This document shows, piece after piece, positions 11,663-24,700 of a stretch of 64,000 nt of DNA (its first letter is position 1; each line of letters starts with the position of its first letter). Source of the stretch: Octopus sinensis (Eukaryota); contig NC_043008.1 in NCBI RefSeq assembly GCF_006345805.1, forward strand, positions 52,514,001-52,578,000, given 5' to 3'. The notes under the pieces were generated by a model that saw only the letters and a list, made by a program, of their open reading frames with translations, searched no databases and was not told where the DNA came from. A program made the position numbers and the translations under genes.

Positions 11663-11780
11663 ATGGGGAAGCTAAGAAGTCTAGCGATCCATTTTAACAA
11701 TCCATCGCGAGTTTATTACGGTGGTCAGAAGTTGAATGGATTTGTACAAATTGTACTGAATGAACCTATGAAAGTGCGAG
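11663..11780 (+). CDS. ARRDC3: Alpha-arrestin exon 1 ([39 protein letters not shown])
   Basis: ATG 11663, donor G|GTAAGT at 11781, phase 1 matches exon 2. Confidence 0.88.
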
Positions 11781-14348
11781 GTAAGTTAGAGAGAAAAAAA
11801 AGAACTTAGAAAATATTTTATAAACCTTTTAGTTTATTATTTTGTTAATTTTATCTATATGTATGTTTACTTAGTCTTGATGTTTACTATCAAGCTGTTA
11901 TATGTTAGAAACAGTTTTTAAGCTGTTGTTTAACCCCAGGTTGATATTTACCGAGTTTGTCCTATGATCTGATTTATCCCAACCGTGACCGTCCTGTCAT
12001 TTTTTTTCCTTTTTTGCCCTTTTGAGGTATGAAGAATTTATGTAACTTCACGTCTCCTCTTAAAGTACATGAGATGTAACAACTATTTTTAGCTGACCGA
12101 TTATGTAGAGCAGTTATTTCGGTAAAATTTTACCATTATTTCCAGTATTGTCTATGCACCACATTCCCCGCATTTATACAAAAGAATTTATAGAACTCGT
12201 ACACAAGAACAAGATTATTTTAAAGAGAAAGTTAATTTAATTTTGGAAAGCAACTTAGTATATTTTCTCTGTTAGTCGCACCCACCTTTACAACCTCTTT
12301 GAGGTTTCCTCGTTCTTATTAAACTTTAAGTTTATTTTAATTTGGGTAAGAAGTAACTTATTATTCGAATTATGTATTTATTTTAGTTTTTCCTTCCTTT
12401 CTCCCATTTTCACATACTCTTCCTTCTAATTCTAAAGTATATCGTCCAACACCGCTCCCAATGTTATTGTCAGCCTTTACCGATTAATGAAGAAAACATC
12501 ACAACCATTAATAGGGGCTCTCTACCCCACTTTTGACCAGGCTCCCGTGGCCTTTATGGGTTTTTCCACGTGAGACCTTTTCTTTTTTTTTCGAAGCATC
12601 TCCTCTATTGGGAGTTTTGTAAATTGTTGAATTTCTTTCGTTGTTATAAAGCGTGTTTACACGGATTTTTTCTTTCGAAAAACGGACAAAACCTTTTGTA
12701 ACCTTTCGTCTTGTTTTGTCCCCTTTTCGTTTTCCAATCATATTTGTCAGCCCTTTGTGGCCTATAAAAAGAATTAATTATTATTATTATTAGAGATATC
12801 ACATGCGTCTAAGTGGATCTGTTGCCTATTGAATTCCTAGGAACCGAGCTAAACAAACTATATCTTTCTCTCGTTTTTATGCATCTTTTCCCTTATTTTT
12901 AATTTTTAGATGACAGCCTTTTCGTGTCATTCGGTCCATCTGTCTCTTATTTTCTCCCCATAAGCTGACTCTCTTCTCTGGTTCTGTCTCTCGTTTTTAT
13001 TTTCTTGACGCTCCTACAAATTGCCTGTCTCATAGCATAATTCATTCATCCGTTCATCTCTTTTTCAGTTTATTCATCCAACTGTTAATCACGCAATTTT
13101 ATTCAACCAACTTCTCTCTCTCCCTCTCCCTCTCTCTCCTGTACTTTTTATCACTTTTCTCTCCTTTCAAACACACACTCTCTCTCTCTCTCCCGTTCTC
13201 TCTTTCCTTTTCTCTCGATTTTTAAAAACTTCCAATATATATATTTGTTTATTTCATTTCTTGCAAGTACTGTATAACATGAAATTGCGGAATCAATATT
13301 GAATTATTGACGCCTGTGAAGCTTAATTGTCATTTTTAGTGGATCGCTTTCACTTTCTGAAACTTTTAGTTAAGCTACAGAACTTTTTTTTTGTTTTTGC
13401 CTTCTTATTTTCACTTGATGCTCCTCTGCGGTTTAACAAACCGCAGAGGAGCGTCAAGTGAAAATTTTCATTCAAACAGGTTTTTTTTCTTCATTTTTTG
13501 GAATTTTCAAATTTTTTTTTTTTTTACGAATTTATGTTCTCCACACAGGAATGCGTACAATTATGCAAAAATAAAAAAAAAAAGAGAGAAAAAATTGTGT
13601 GTGTGAGTTAAGGGCGATTTAGCTGTTATTTTTAGTACATCTCACGACTACCTTCCTCGTTTCTGTGTCACTCTGACATGTATTGCTGTTTTTCAATATT
13701 TTCCTCCCCATAAACACATTGAATGGAAGATGAGATGATGCAGACAAGGGTGAGATTTAAGCAAATAATTTGGAATGTCGTATTTGGAATGTCGTGGTTT
13801 TAAACTTTCGAAAAAGAGTGGATATTTTAGGATTTATGAGAGAAGGGGTGGAGGGTTAGCAAAAACATTTTTGGATAATCGTATGAACTCCAGGGTATAG
13901 AACACAAATTTGTAAACACTAAAAATTGAAAAAAAAGTTACGTTGGGTTATAATGAAACCAGAATTCTGGCGAATTTTGTGCTGCTGGGTTTGTTTGTTT
14001 TTGTCTGTCGTTGATATCTAATTTTTGTGTTGTTGGTATTTTTAACCCAATATTTTATATAACCAGTTATTCATAAAACAGCTGGGTTTCATTTCTTCTC
14101 GTCACTCCAGCTCTGTTTACTCTCTTTTGTGTGTTTCTTAGCTCCGTTCTACTTCAAGGAAATCAAGTTTAATGTATGAACTAATTCTTTTATGCCTTCG
14201 TCAGGTGTATATGTGGCGTGCCGTGTGTGTGTGTATGTGTTTGATGGGGTGTGCCAGACAGTGTGGTGTGTATGTGAAGAGACAGAGAGAGAGGTTCTAT
14301 ATGTATGTATGTATGTATGTATAGCTTCAGTGACACACTCAAATATAG

Positions 14349-14382
<34 letters not shown>

Positions 14383-14504
14383 GTATACATACATAAATGT
14401 ATATATATATAGATATGCATATACATACATAGATGTATATATGTATATATATATATACATAGATGTGTGTATATATATATATTATATATATATACATAGA
14501 TGTG

Positions 14505-14547
<43 letters not shown>

Positions 14548-15936
14548 GATGTGTATATTATATATATTATATATATATATACATAGATGTGTATATATAT
14601 ATATATATACATAGATGTGTATATATATATATATATATACATAGATGTGTATATATATATATAATACATAGATGTACAGGGTGGGGAAGCAAAATTTACA
14701 ATATTTTGAGGTAGGGATTGAAAGACATTGTAGGACCAATTAGTTTATTGAAAGTCATGAGAATTATTTGCCACAAGAAAATTTACATAACAGAAAATGT
14801 TTTTATTCTATGTGTCCTTCTTTCTCAATATCTGCCTTCACATGCTTCCTGAAACTTGCACAAGTGTTCCTCAAATATTCGGGTGACAAAGTCTCCCATT
14901 CTTATTTAATAGTATCTTTAAGAGAGTTGACATTACTGTGTGATGTTCTGTTGGTAGCATGTTCTAAAACGCCCCAAATAGTATAGTCCAGAGAGTTTAG
15001 ATCTGGGCTAGAAGGTGGCCATAAACATGATTCCAAAAAATTGCTAAAGTTGGATTTGCAGAAATCTTGTATTTTTCTAGCTGTGTGTGCTGGAGCACCA
15101 TCCTGTGTCCATACATAATTACCATCTGGGTAGTTTGCATTAAGACATGGCAATACCTGGTATCTCAGAGTCTTGTAGTAAGTATCAACATTGATCTTTT
15201 CATAAGCTTTGTAGAATTTTATCGGCATTTCCTTTCCATTGGAAGCCACAACATCAAAAGCCATAACTTGAGCAGGATGTTTTGTTTTGAATGTCCCTTT
15301 AACCTCAGCTGTTGATTTTGCAATAAATCTGTCATTTCTGTGGTTCAGAACAGCATCGAAACTGAAGATCTTTTCATCTGAAAAGATCGTTACAATGGAG
15401 GACTTTTCTTGAACCATGTAGTAATTTTCTTGCACCTTTCCAATCTCTTTTCTTTCATAACTGTTGTCAACAAGTGTTTTGGTGTACGATTTTAACCTCA
15501 AATCATATTTTACTGCATTTCTAATGGTCTTGTTGACTTCCTCAAGTTCAATTGCCATTTTTCTCATGGATTTGGTTGGATCCTTTAGGATTTTGGATTT
15601 GAGAGCTTTAATAAAAGCTTTGGTATGTTTTTGTTGATTCCTCCACTTCCAGACCTCCTCATAATAGTTTTGCTCATAGTTATTCTATTCTTTATATTAT
15701 AAACAGTCTTTATGGACACTCCAACTATTCTTTGGTGTGACGAGTGCATTCAGCAAATCACACACTCTGACATTTGCTTTCCTGATTACTCATATGGGCA
15801 AAAGTTTCTGAAAAGGTAAGGATAATAGTGTTAGGTATGATTATGACATCAATATATGCTAGGTTTCAAAACAATTGACTTAGTGCCTCCTGAGAAAAAA
15901 CAACTTAACATTCATTGTAAATTTTGCTTCCCCACC

Positions 15937-15974
<38 letters not shown>

Positions 15975-16016
15975 TAAATAATTAGGGTTCAGCAACGATT
16001 TGCCTCACCACACACC

Positions 16017-16071
<55 letters not shown>

Positions 16072-16140
16072 CATATATAGATGTGTGTATATATGTATGT
16101 ATAGATATATATCGATGCATATATAATGCGTATATAGATG

Positions 16141-16180
<40 letters not shown>

Positions 16181-16187
16181 CATCTAC

Positions 16188-16230
<43 letters not shown>

Positions 16231-16268
16231 CATCTACGTTTATATATATGTAATCTGTATGTATATAT

Positions 16269-16352
<84 letters not shown>

Positions 16353-16379
16353 ATATATATATATATATATACATACATA

Positions 16380-16436
<57 letters not shown>

Positions 16437-17237
16437 ATGTATGTATATACATACTTATACATACATACATAACTTCTCTCCCTCTCTTTTACTCTGTCAA
16501 TCACTCACACGTTCACTCGCTAAAAGAAGTAAATACACATGCACGTGTATGCGCACAAAAAACATGCATGCAATAGGTATACGTATGTTTTGTGTATGCG
16601 TGCGTGCGTGTGTGTGTGGATGTCACTGAAGCCATACATACATACATACATACATAACCTCTCTCTCACATACACACACACCAGCAACATTACTCTCTCT
16701 GCCTCTTCACACACACTAACAAAAGAATACGTACACACTACACTTTCTGTCTCACACACACACACACACACACGGCACGCCAACTTCAAAAGAACTTCCC
16801 TGATCCAATCGCGCTCTCTCAGTCTCTTTCGCTTTCACGCCGACTTCAGAAGATCCCCTTTCCCTTCACCCCACACATGTACAAAAATAATAAAAAATTT
16901 TACGGAAACAGACGATCTTCTTCAGAAATATAAACAAATACACGTGTTTTAAGAAGTCATAATCACAGTTCTCATATCGAAAGATCGCCTTCTTCCCTAC
17001 TATAGGCGCAAGCCTGAAATTTTGTGGGTCGGGAGCCAGTCGATTACATCGACCCAATGCTCAGATGGTATTTATTTTATCAACCCCAAAAGGATGAAAG
17101 GAAAAGTAGACCTCTGCAGAAACCAACTCTTTTAGTCTATAACCCCCAGAAAAATATCTTCATTCTTATATATATATATTTCATTTCATTTCATTTGGGT
17201 TTGAGTCCATGCTCAGGCCAAGTCGAAGACTCCACCC

Positions 17238-17268
<31 letters not shown>

Positions 17269-18557
17269 GTAAAAACGGTAAGATAACAAAAGAAAGAAAG
17301 AGACCTCAATATTATGTAAATAGAGGAAATAGATGGCCAGATAACCGAAGAGATGGTGTTGTGGATTTCCATTTCGGTATCTGAAACTCAGAGTTTTATC
17401 TTGACTATTGAATAATTGTACTTATTATTTTATATATACTCTTTTACTCTTTTACTTGTTTCAGTCATTTGACTGTGGCCATGCTGGAGCAAATCGACCC
17501 CGGGACTTATTCCTTGTAAGCCCAGTACTTATTCTATCGGTCCCTTTTGCCGAACCGCTAAGTGACGTAAACACACCAGCATCGGTTGTCAAGCAATGCT
17601 AGGGGGACAGACACACATATATATACATATATACGACAGGCTTCTTTCAGTTTCCGTCTACCAAATCCACTCACGGAATCATTGGAATTTTTTTTTTTTC
17701 GTTGAACGAATTCCGATGACCTAATATGCTACAAAACCCTCTTTTGAGTCCGGAAAACGGGGTGGGGTGAGATAGAAGCCTTGGAAATTTCATCCCCACC
17801 CCCATTGATCTTTTCACTTGCACGATTTTCACTAAGAAAAACTCGGATTTTTCGCACGGAATCAAGTACCCAGACTTCATAATATGCTGCAAACCCCTTA
17901 TTTTTGTTCAGAAAAAAGGGTTGGGTGGGAAACCGTAACCCCCTTCCCCCCATATCCCGGAATCATTGGAGTTTTTTTTTTTTTCGTTGACTGAATTCCG
18001 GCGACCTCCTAATATGCTCCAAAGCCCTTTTTGGATCCGGAAAACGGGGTGGGGTGGAACTCACGGAAATTTCACCCCACCTCCATTTTCAAATATTTTT
18101 TTGCTATTTCTTTCTTTACCCATAATTTTAGATAACATTTTGCAGAAATATAATCCACACTCTTTCTTCGAGAGAATGTGGATTACATTAGATTGAAAAT
18201 TCAAAGAAGTTTGAAATGAATAAGTGAAAATGCTGAGGTTATAGAAGTTGGTGGTAAGGAAGTGTGGAGAGATAACGAACGATAAATTCAGTTAAAAGAA
18301 AACTGTTAAGAGTTTTTGCATGTATGAGTGAAATGGAGTAAAAGTCAAATATTAACAAAATATCTTTTTCTACCTCTTAAAATCACTGGATATAATCATA
18401 TTTAATAATCCTGAATAGATTTTCTTGGCTTGCCAGTCCTCGGTCAAACCGTCCAACCCATGCCAGCACGGAAAGCAGACATTAAACGATGATGTATTAT
18501 GATATAATTATGATAGATTGTTACCCATTCAATGTTTAGGTAAACTTCGTCACCCAC

Positions 18558-18591
<34 letters not shown>

Positions 18592-21055
18592 CACAAAAAT
18601 GAAACATTTCGGCGCTAGAAATAGATCTTCCCTTTGCAATTTTAGGCGTTGAAATTTGTTTCGTTTTTGTGTGGGGAGAGAGAGAAAGGATCAACATTTA
18701 CCTATTTCTTTACTACCCACAAGGGGCTAAACACAGAGCAGACAAACAAGGACACACAAACGGATTAAGTCAATTATATCGACCCCAGTGCGTAACTGGT
18801 ACTTATTTAATCGACCCCCGAAAGGATGAAAGGCAAAGTCGACCTCGGCGGAATTTGAACTCAGAACGTAAACACGGATGAAATACCGCTAAGCATTTCG
18901 TCCGGCGTGCTAACGATTCCGCCACGCCGTTGGTTTCCGCTACTATAGGTTCAACTATAAATCTGTTAGAGAGCACCGGATACTTTGACAGCTTTTTTCA
19001 ATCTGACTTGTAGCAGCAGCAGAGCCTGGACTGGTTGTTGAATACACCATGTTGCCGCTGGAGAAGGTGTTGCAACTTGTGACTTTCCAGATGAGGGGCC
19101 TACCGATACGGACAGGAAAAATCGTCATACTGTTAGGCCTTTTACTGTCTCCTCGGTCTAGCCTCGCTGGCTCGAGCTGGGAAGGAAAGCTTGCAGTGTC
19201 TAGTTTACTAGTTACATGAATTTTTTCAAAAATAAAATCTGATAAACTTCCAACATTTACGTGTGCAGTGCCATTTGAGGTTAACAGTTGCTTGGGCTCC
19301 CACGATTTTTTTTTTTGAAGTTGGTGTGGGGGTAAATGTTAGCTAATGCATGCTGTAGTTAATTGGCTAATTAGTTAATTACTATAGACCCTAGTGTATT
19401 GCTTTGCTCGGTACCTTTATCGCCCAGACGGTTGTTAATATATGTATGCGTGCACGCATACTTGTCTACTCTCGAGATACACATCTATTTACATAATCAA
19501 ATATTTTGCATTTTTCTCACACATACATACATATATATACACGTATATATAATCATGTGTGTATGTAGTTCGTAAAGTGGTGCAATTTATATTGGCTGTT
19601 TCTTCAAAAATTCTTCCCCTGTCTTAGATAAATGCTACTGCTGTAACATATATGGATGCTTAAGTCAAGTTATTAATGCCTAAGCTATATCATCTCACAA
19701 ACTGTTTGCAGTATTATCATTTCATGTGAGATAGCAACACATTATCAGTATGTCTACGTCGAACATGGAAACGAACCAAATAGCGAGGTCTGGGATCGGC
19801 AGACTCGTAAACGGCTATGTTGTTTAACCCAGGCCAGCATTACTCAAGCTGACTTCTATGATAAAGAACCAGCATTACTCAAGCTGACTTCTATGATAAA
19901 AGAACCATCATGTCTTATATATATTGGACTACAAATATCAAATATCTTTGCTTTCATTAAGACGATAAAATATGAATTGAGTGAGAATTGGTTGTTGTTT
20001 CTCATGGCTCTTATAACCACGTGAAGGCTTCCTCATTAGCTCGGGTACTCATCTACTTTTCGATGTCTTCTAGTTTTATCCTTAATTAAGGCGAAGTCGC
20101 GAGGTAACTCACAAAAAGAATGTCACTCGTCAATGTAGGATATCAAAAAATATATATTTTAGAGATTACTGGAGAACTCTCGAACAACTAATTTTCTTGT
20201 AGTTTTATTAACAGGAAGGTGACACCGATTAAATGTATTAACTAGAAAATGAGATGAACTGAGAACAAAATATGCTCCTAAGTTTATAGATGTATTTAAA
20301 TGTTGAATAAACTGAAAACCTGCACGGTATTTGTTTTGATTTGGCCAGATTCCAGATTCAGTTACAGAAAAGAATATGTGATATGAATAAAATATTAAAA
20401 AAACAAGTGGGGAGGAACGATTAAATATATCATTCTTCCTACTATCTTTCTCTTCTGATCGGATTCCCCGTTTCGTTGTTTAACGAAGCTTATTATCGAT
20501 AGATTCATCTATCTAATTGTATAACTAACCATTCTTCTCTCTCTCTCTCTCTACATGACTGCTTCTTTGTCTATAAATATTCTTCTAGTGTTTCCTTAAC
20601 TAGTATTTTATTGTGTGTATTTGTGAAATCTGTGTTGAGTGCCTCACCATGAAGATATATGGTAAGCCATTTACTGACACGAACCAGGAGAATTATGAAG
20701 ACAAGCTTGGTTCAAAGGACAAAACTTATCTACAACAAACTGTTGATATCTAGTTTTACACCCGGCCACCAAAACAAACAACAGAAAAATATAAGTAAAA
20801 AAAAATTGGGTTAATGTTGACATTATTATCCGGGAACAAAATAAACAAAAAAAGAAATTGTTCAACAGGTGTAAAAAAAATAAAGGTGTAGGAAACGAAT
20901 ATGGAAACAAAAATGCCCGGAGAGCAACGGGGGTGGGGAGAGGCCTCCGGAAAATTCACAAGATCTGAGTTTTTCCCTCGTAACTTTGTGGAAAATATAA
21001 TCCTCAGGAACTTAGATGCTAAACATCCCTTTGAAGGATTCGGGCCCTTCTATGT

Positions 21056-21100
<45 letters not shown>

Positions 21101-21655
21101 GTATAAGTAAAGACCTGAACCCTTCAAAGGGATGTTTAGCATCTAACTTCCTGTGGAAAAGCCTAATTTGTGATTTCAAAAGAATTATATTTTCCTCAAA
21201 GTTACGAGGGAAAAATATCGGATCTTGTGAATTTTCCGAAGTCCTCTCCCCATCCCCTCGGAAAAGATTTTCCTCACAAATTTCTTTATAATCTTAATCT
21301 ATACCATTTGAAAGGTATTTATATAAAATTTTATCAAAAGATATCCATTTTCCTGAAAGCTATGAGGGAAAAAAATCGGATCGTGTGAATTTTCCGAAAG
21401 TTTTCTCCCCATTCCGGTTCGTTGGTGCAAATTTTTGTTTTTCGGATTCGTTTACTACACATTTTTTTACACCTATTACTCTTGCTTCTTTTGTTTTGGT
21501 AGCCGGGTGTTAAACTAAATATTAACCCAACAGACATTACAGACTTTGTTCCATAGAAAATAATTATTGTATAATCGATAACTTTCATTTGTTATATATT
21601 ATGCAATCCATTACTTTAATTAATCCAAGTATGTTCTGTCCTGTAGCTTAGGTTT

Positions 21656-21700
<45 letters not shown>

Positions 21701-24700
21701 AATATAAGAGAGTGGTCACTATATGGCTCACTCTAGCACCAGTTAATCCAGATTTTACCATAACGATAAATACGCGTGTGGTTCAATTGATTACATCCGA
21801 CGTTATAATTCAAATGCCCCAACTAACAGCGCGCCAAACTTTCACGGAAAACAAATACTGCATTAAGAAATAAATGCAGCATAATTATAATTAATTAATA
21901 AGGGTGAGAGAATTGGATACTAATTTAATAGTATATCTATTCAACACCAAGTGGCCTAGTGCTCCGAGAAACCGGGATTATTATAATATTTTATAATATA
22001 TTATATATTTTTACAAAATAAATATAAGAGAGTGGTCACTATATGGCTCACTCTAGCACCAGTTAATCCAAAAGTTTCAACCACAAAGATACATGTTTCC
22101 CATGAAAGTCAGTACGATTGTTAGCTCACACGGACAGGGCAAATAAAAAATAACAAAAATACAGATTATTTTGGGACAATTGTTTCGCTATTAATGAATT
22201 AAATGTAATTTTACTTACAAAAAAATCCACTTGTAGCTCGTCAGCCAAAACTATCTGGATGAAATCCACTCAATCACACGCCAGATTTTACCATAACGAT
22301 AAATACGCGTGTGGTTCAATTGATTACATCCGACGTTATAATTCAAATGCCCCAACTAACAGCGTGCCAAACTTTCACGGAAAACAAATACTGCATTAAG
22401 AAATAAATGCAGCATAATTATAATTAATTAATAAGGGTGAGAGAATTAGATACTAATTTAATAGTATATCTATTCAACACCAAGTGGCCTAGTGCTCCGA
22501 GAAACCTGGATTATTATAATATTTTATAATATATTATAATATTTTTACAAAATAAATATAAGAGAGTGGTCACTATATGGCTCACTCTAGCACCAGTTAA
22601 TCCAAAAGGTTTCAACCACAAAGATACATGTTTCCCATGAAAGTCAGTACGATTGTTAGCTCACACGGACAGGGCAAATAAAAAATAACAAAAATACAGA
22701 TTATTTTGGGACAATTGTTTCGCTATTAATGAATTAAATGTAATTTTACTTACAAAAAAATCCACTTGTAGCTCGTCAGCCAAAACTATCTGGATGAAAT
22801 CCACTCAATCACACGCCAGATTTTACCATAACGATAAATACGCGTGTGGTTCAATTGATTACATCCGACGTTATAATTCAAATGCCCCAACTAACAGCGC
22901 GCCAAACTTTCACGGAAAACAAATACTGCATTAAGAATAAATGCAGCATAATTATAATTAATTAATAAGGGTGAGAGAATTGGATACTAATTTAATAGTA
23001 TATCTATTCAACACCAAGTGGCCTAGTGCTCCGAGAACCTGGATTATTATAATATTTTATAATATATTATAATATTTTTACAAAATAAATATAAGAGAGT
23101 GGTCACTATATGGCTCACTCTAGCACCAGTTAATCCAAAAGGTTTCAACCACAAAGATAATATTTTGTAAAAATATTATAATATATTATAAAATATTATA
23201 ATAATCCAGGTTTCTCGGAGCACTAGGCCACTTGGTGTTGAATAGATATACTATTAAATTAGTATCTAATTCTCTCACCCTTATTAATTAATTATTTATA
23301 TATATATATATATACTAGCAGTATAGCCCAGCGTTGCTCGGGCTTGTTTTCTTTTCGACCCTTTAGAATTGGAATTTTTGAAAAGTAAAAATTTTGCATT
23401 ATGTAGCTTGTTATTCTCTTTAAGTGAACATTTTTCTGGTTGAAATACACCGAAAAATGTTTAACATCAGTTTTGGTTTTCTTGTCAGTGAAGGTACAAG
23501 TATGGCTGTGTGATTAAGGAGTTTACTCCCTTACATTGTTTCTGGTTGTCCCACTATGTCGGACTTTAGGCAACTGGGTTTTTTTTTAGCTTTGAGCCAG
23601 CCAAAGCCTTTGAAGGGGTTTGGTAGACAGAAACTGAATGAAACTTGTCATATATTGGGTCATCACATAAATAATGCGATTTTTTTTTATATTTCAAAAT
23701 TAAGATAAAGTTCTTTTTTTAATCTAAAATATACTCTCCATTTTGTACAATGCTCTTCCATCTATCTGATAGACTTGCAAGGCCTCTCTTCTAAAATTCA
23801 CTTGCCCTTGATGAAAAATATTCCTCCAGTACTGTTCTGACCTCGTCTACAGAATTCGTATTTTTTCCATCCAAAAGATTTTTGAAGACTGCAGTATAAA
23901 TGATAATCAGATGGGGCAATGTCCGGCGAACATGGTGAGTCAGGCATTGTTTTCCATTCAAACTGCTCCAGCCTTTGGAATGTCATCCTCACTGTAAGTG
24001 GCCGAGCATTATCCTGATGCAAGAACACCTTTCATCTTGAAACCAAAGGTGGTCATTTTTCTTCTAGTGCTGATTTAAGCCACTCAAGCTGCTCACAGTA
24101 GAACTCCTTTGTTATTGTTTGGTTTGGGTTTAAAAGTTCAAAGTGGACTAAACCTTTCATGTCCATCAAACAGATAGCAACACCTTATGTGGATGAAATC
24201 CTTCTTTAGCCTGGGGTGCTGGTGTTTCTCCTTTCCCTACCCATTGTCTTCGGCTCTTGACATTTTCATAGTGAACCCATTTCTCGTCACCAGTCACTAT
24301 TTGGTCTAAAAAAAAGGTCCATTCGTGAGACATGACAGCAAAGAAGAGCACACATTCACTCTCTACACGGTATTAGATTTTTACTTGTTTCAGTCATTTG
24401 ACTGTGGCCATGCTGGAGCACCACCTTTACTCGAGCAAATCGCCCCCAGGACTTATTCTTTGTAAGCCTGGTACTTATTCTATCGATCTCTTTTGCCGAA
24501 CTACTAAGTTACGGGATGTAAACACACCAGCATCAGTTGTCAAGCGATGATGGGGGCACAGACACAGACACACAAACATACTCACACACACACACATATA
24601 CATATATGACGGGCTTCTTTCAGTTTCTGTCTACCAAATCCACTCACAAGGCTTAGGTCGGCCTGAGGCTATAGTAGCAGACACTTGCCCAAGGTGCCAC

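Larger units (their letters stand above)
21695..23295 (-). mobile_element. Tandem ~535-bp hammerhead-containing repeat (retrozyme / Penelope pLTR-like) with terminal inverted copy
   Basis: Unit starts at 21695 (deleted copy), 22015, 22549, 23082 (partial); 23159-23295 is an inverted copy of the unit end; (TA)n on both flanks. Confidence 0.85.
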
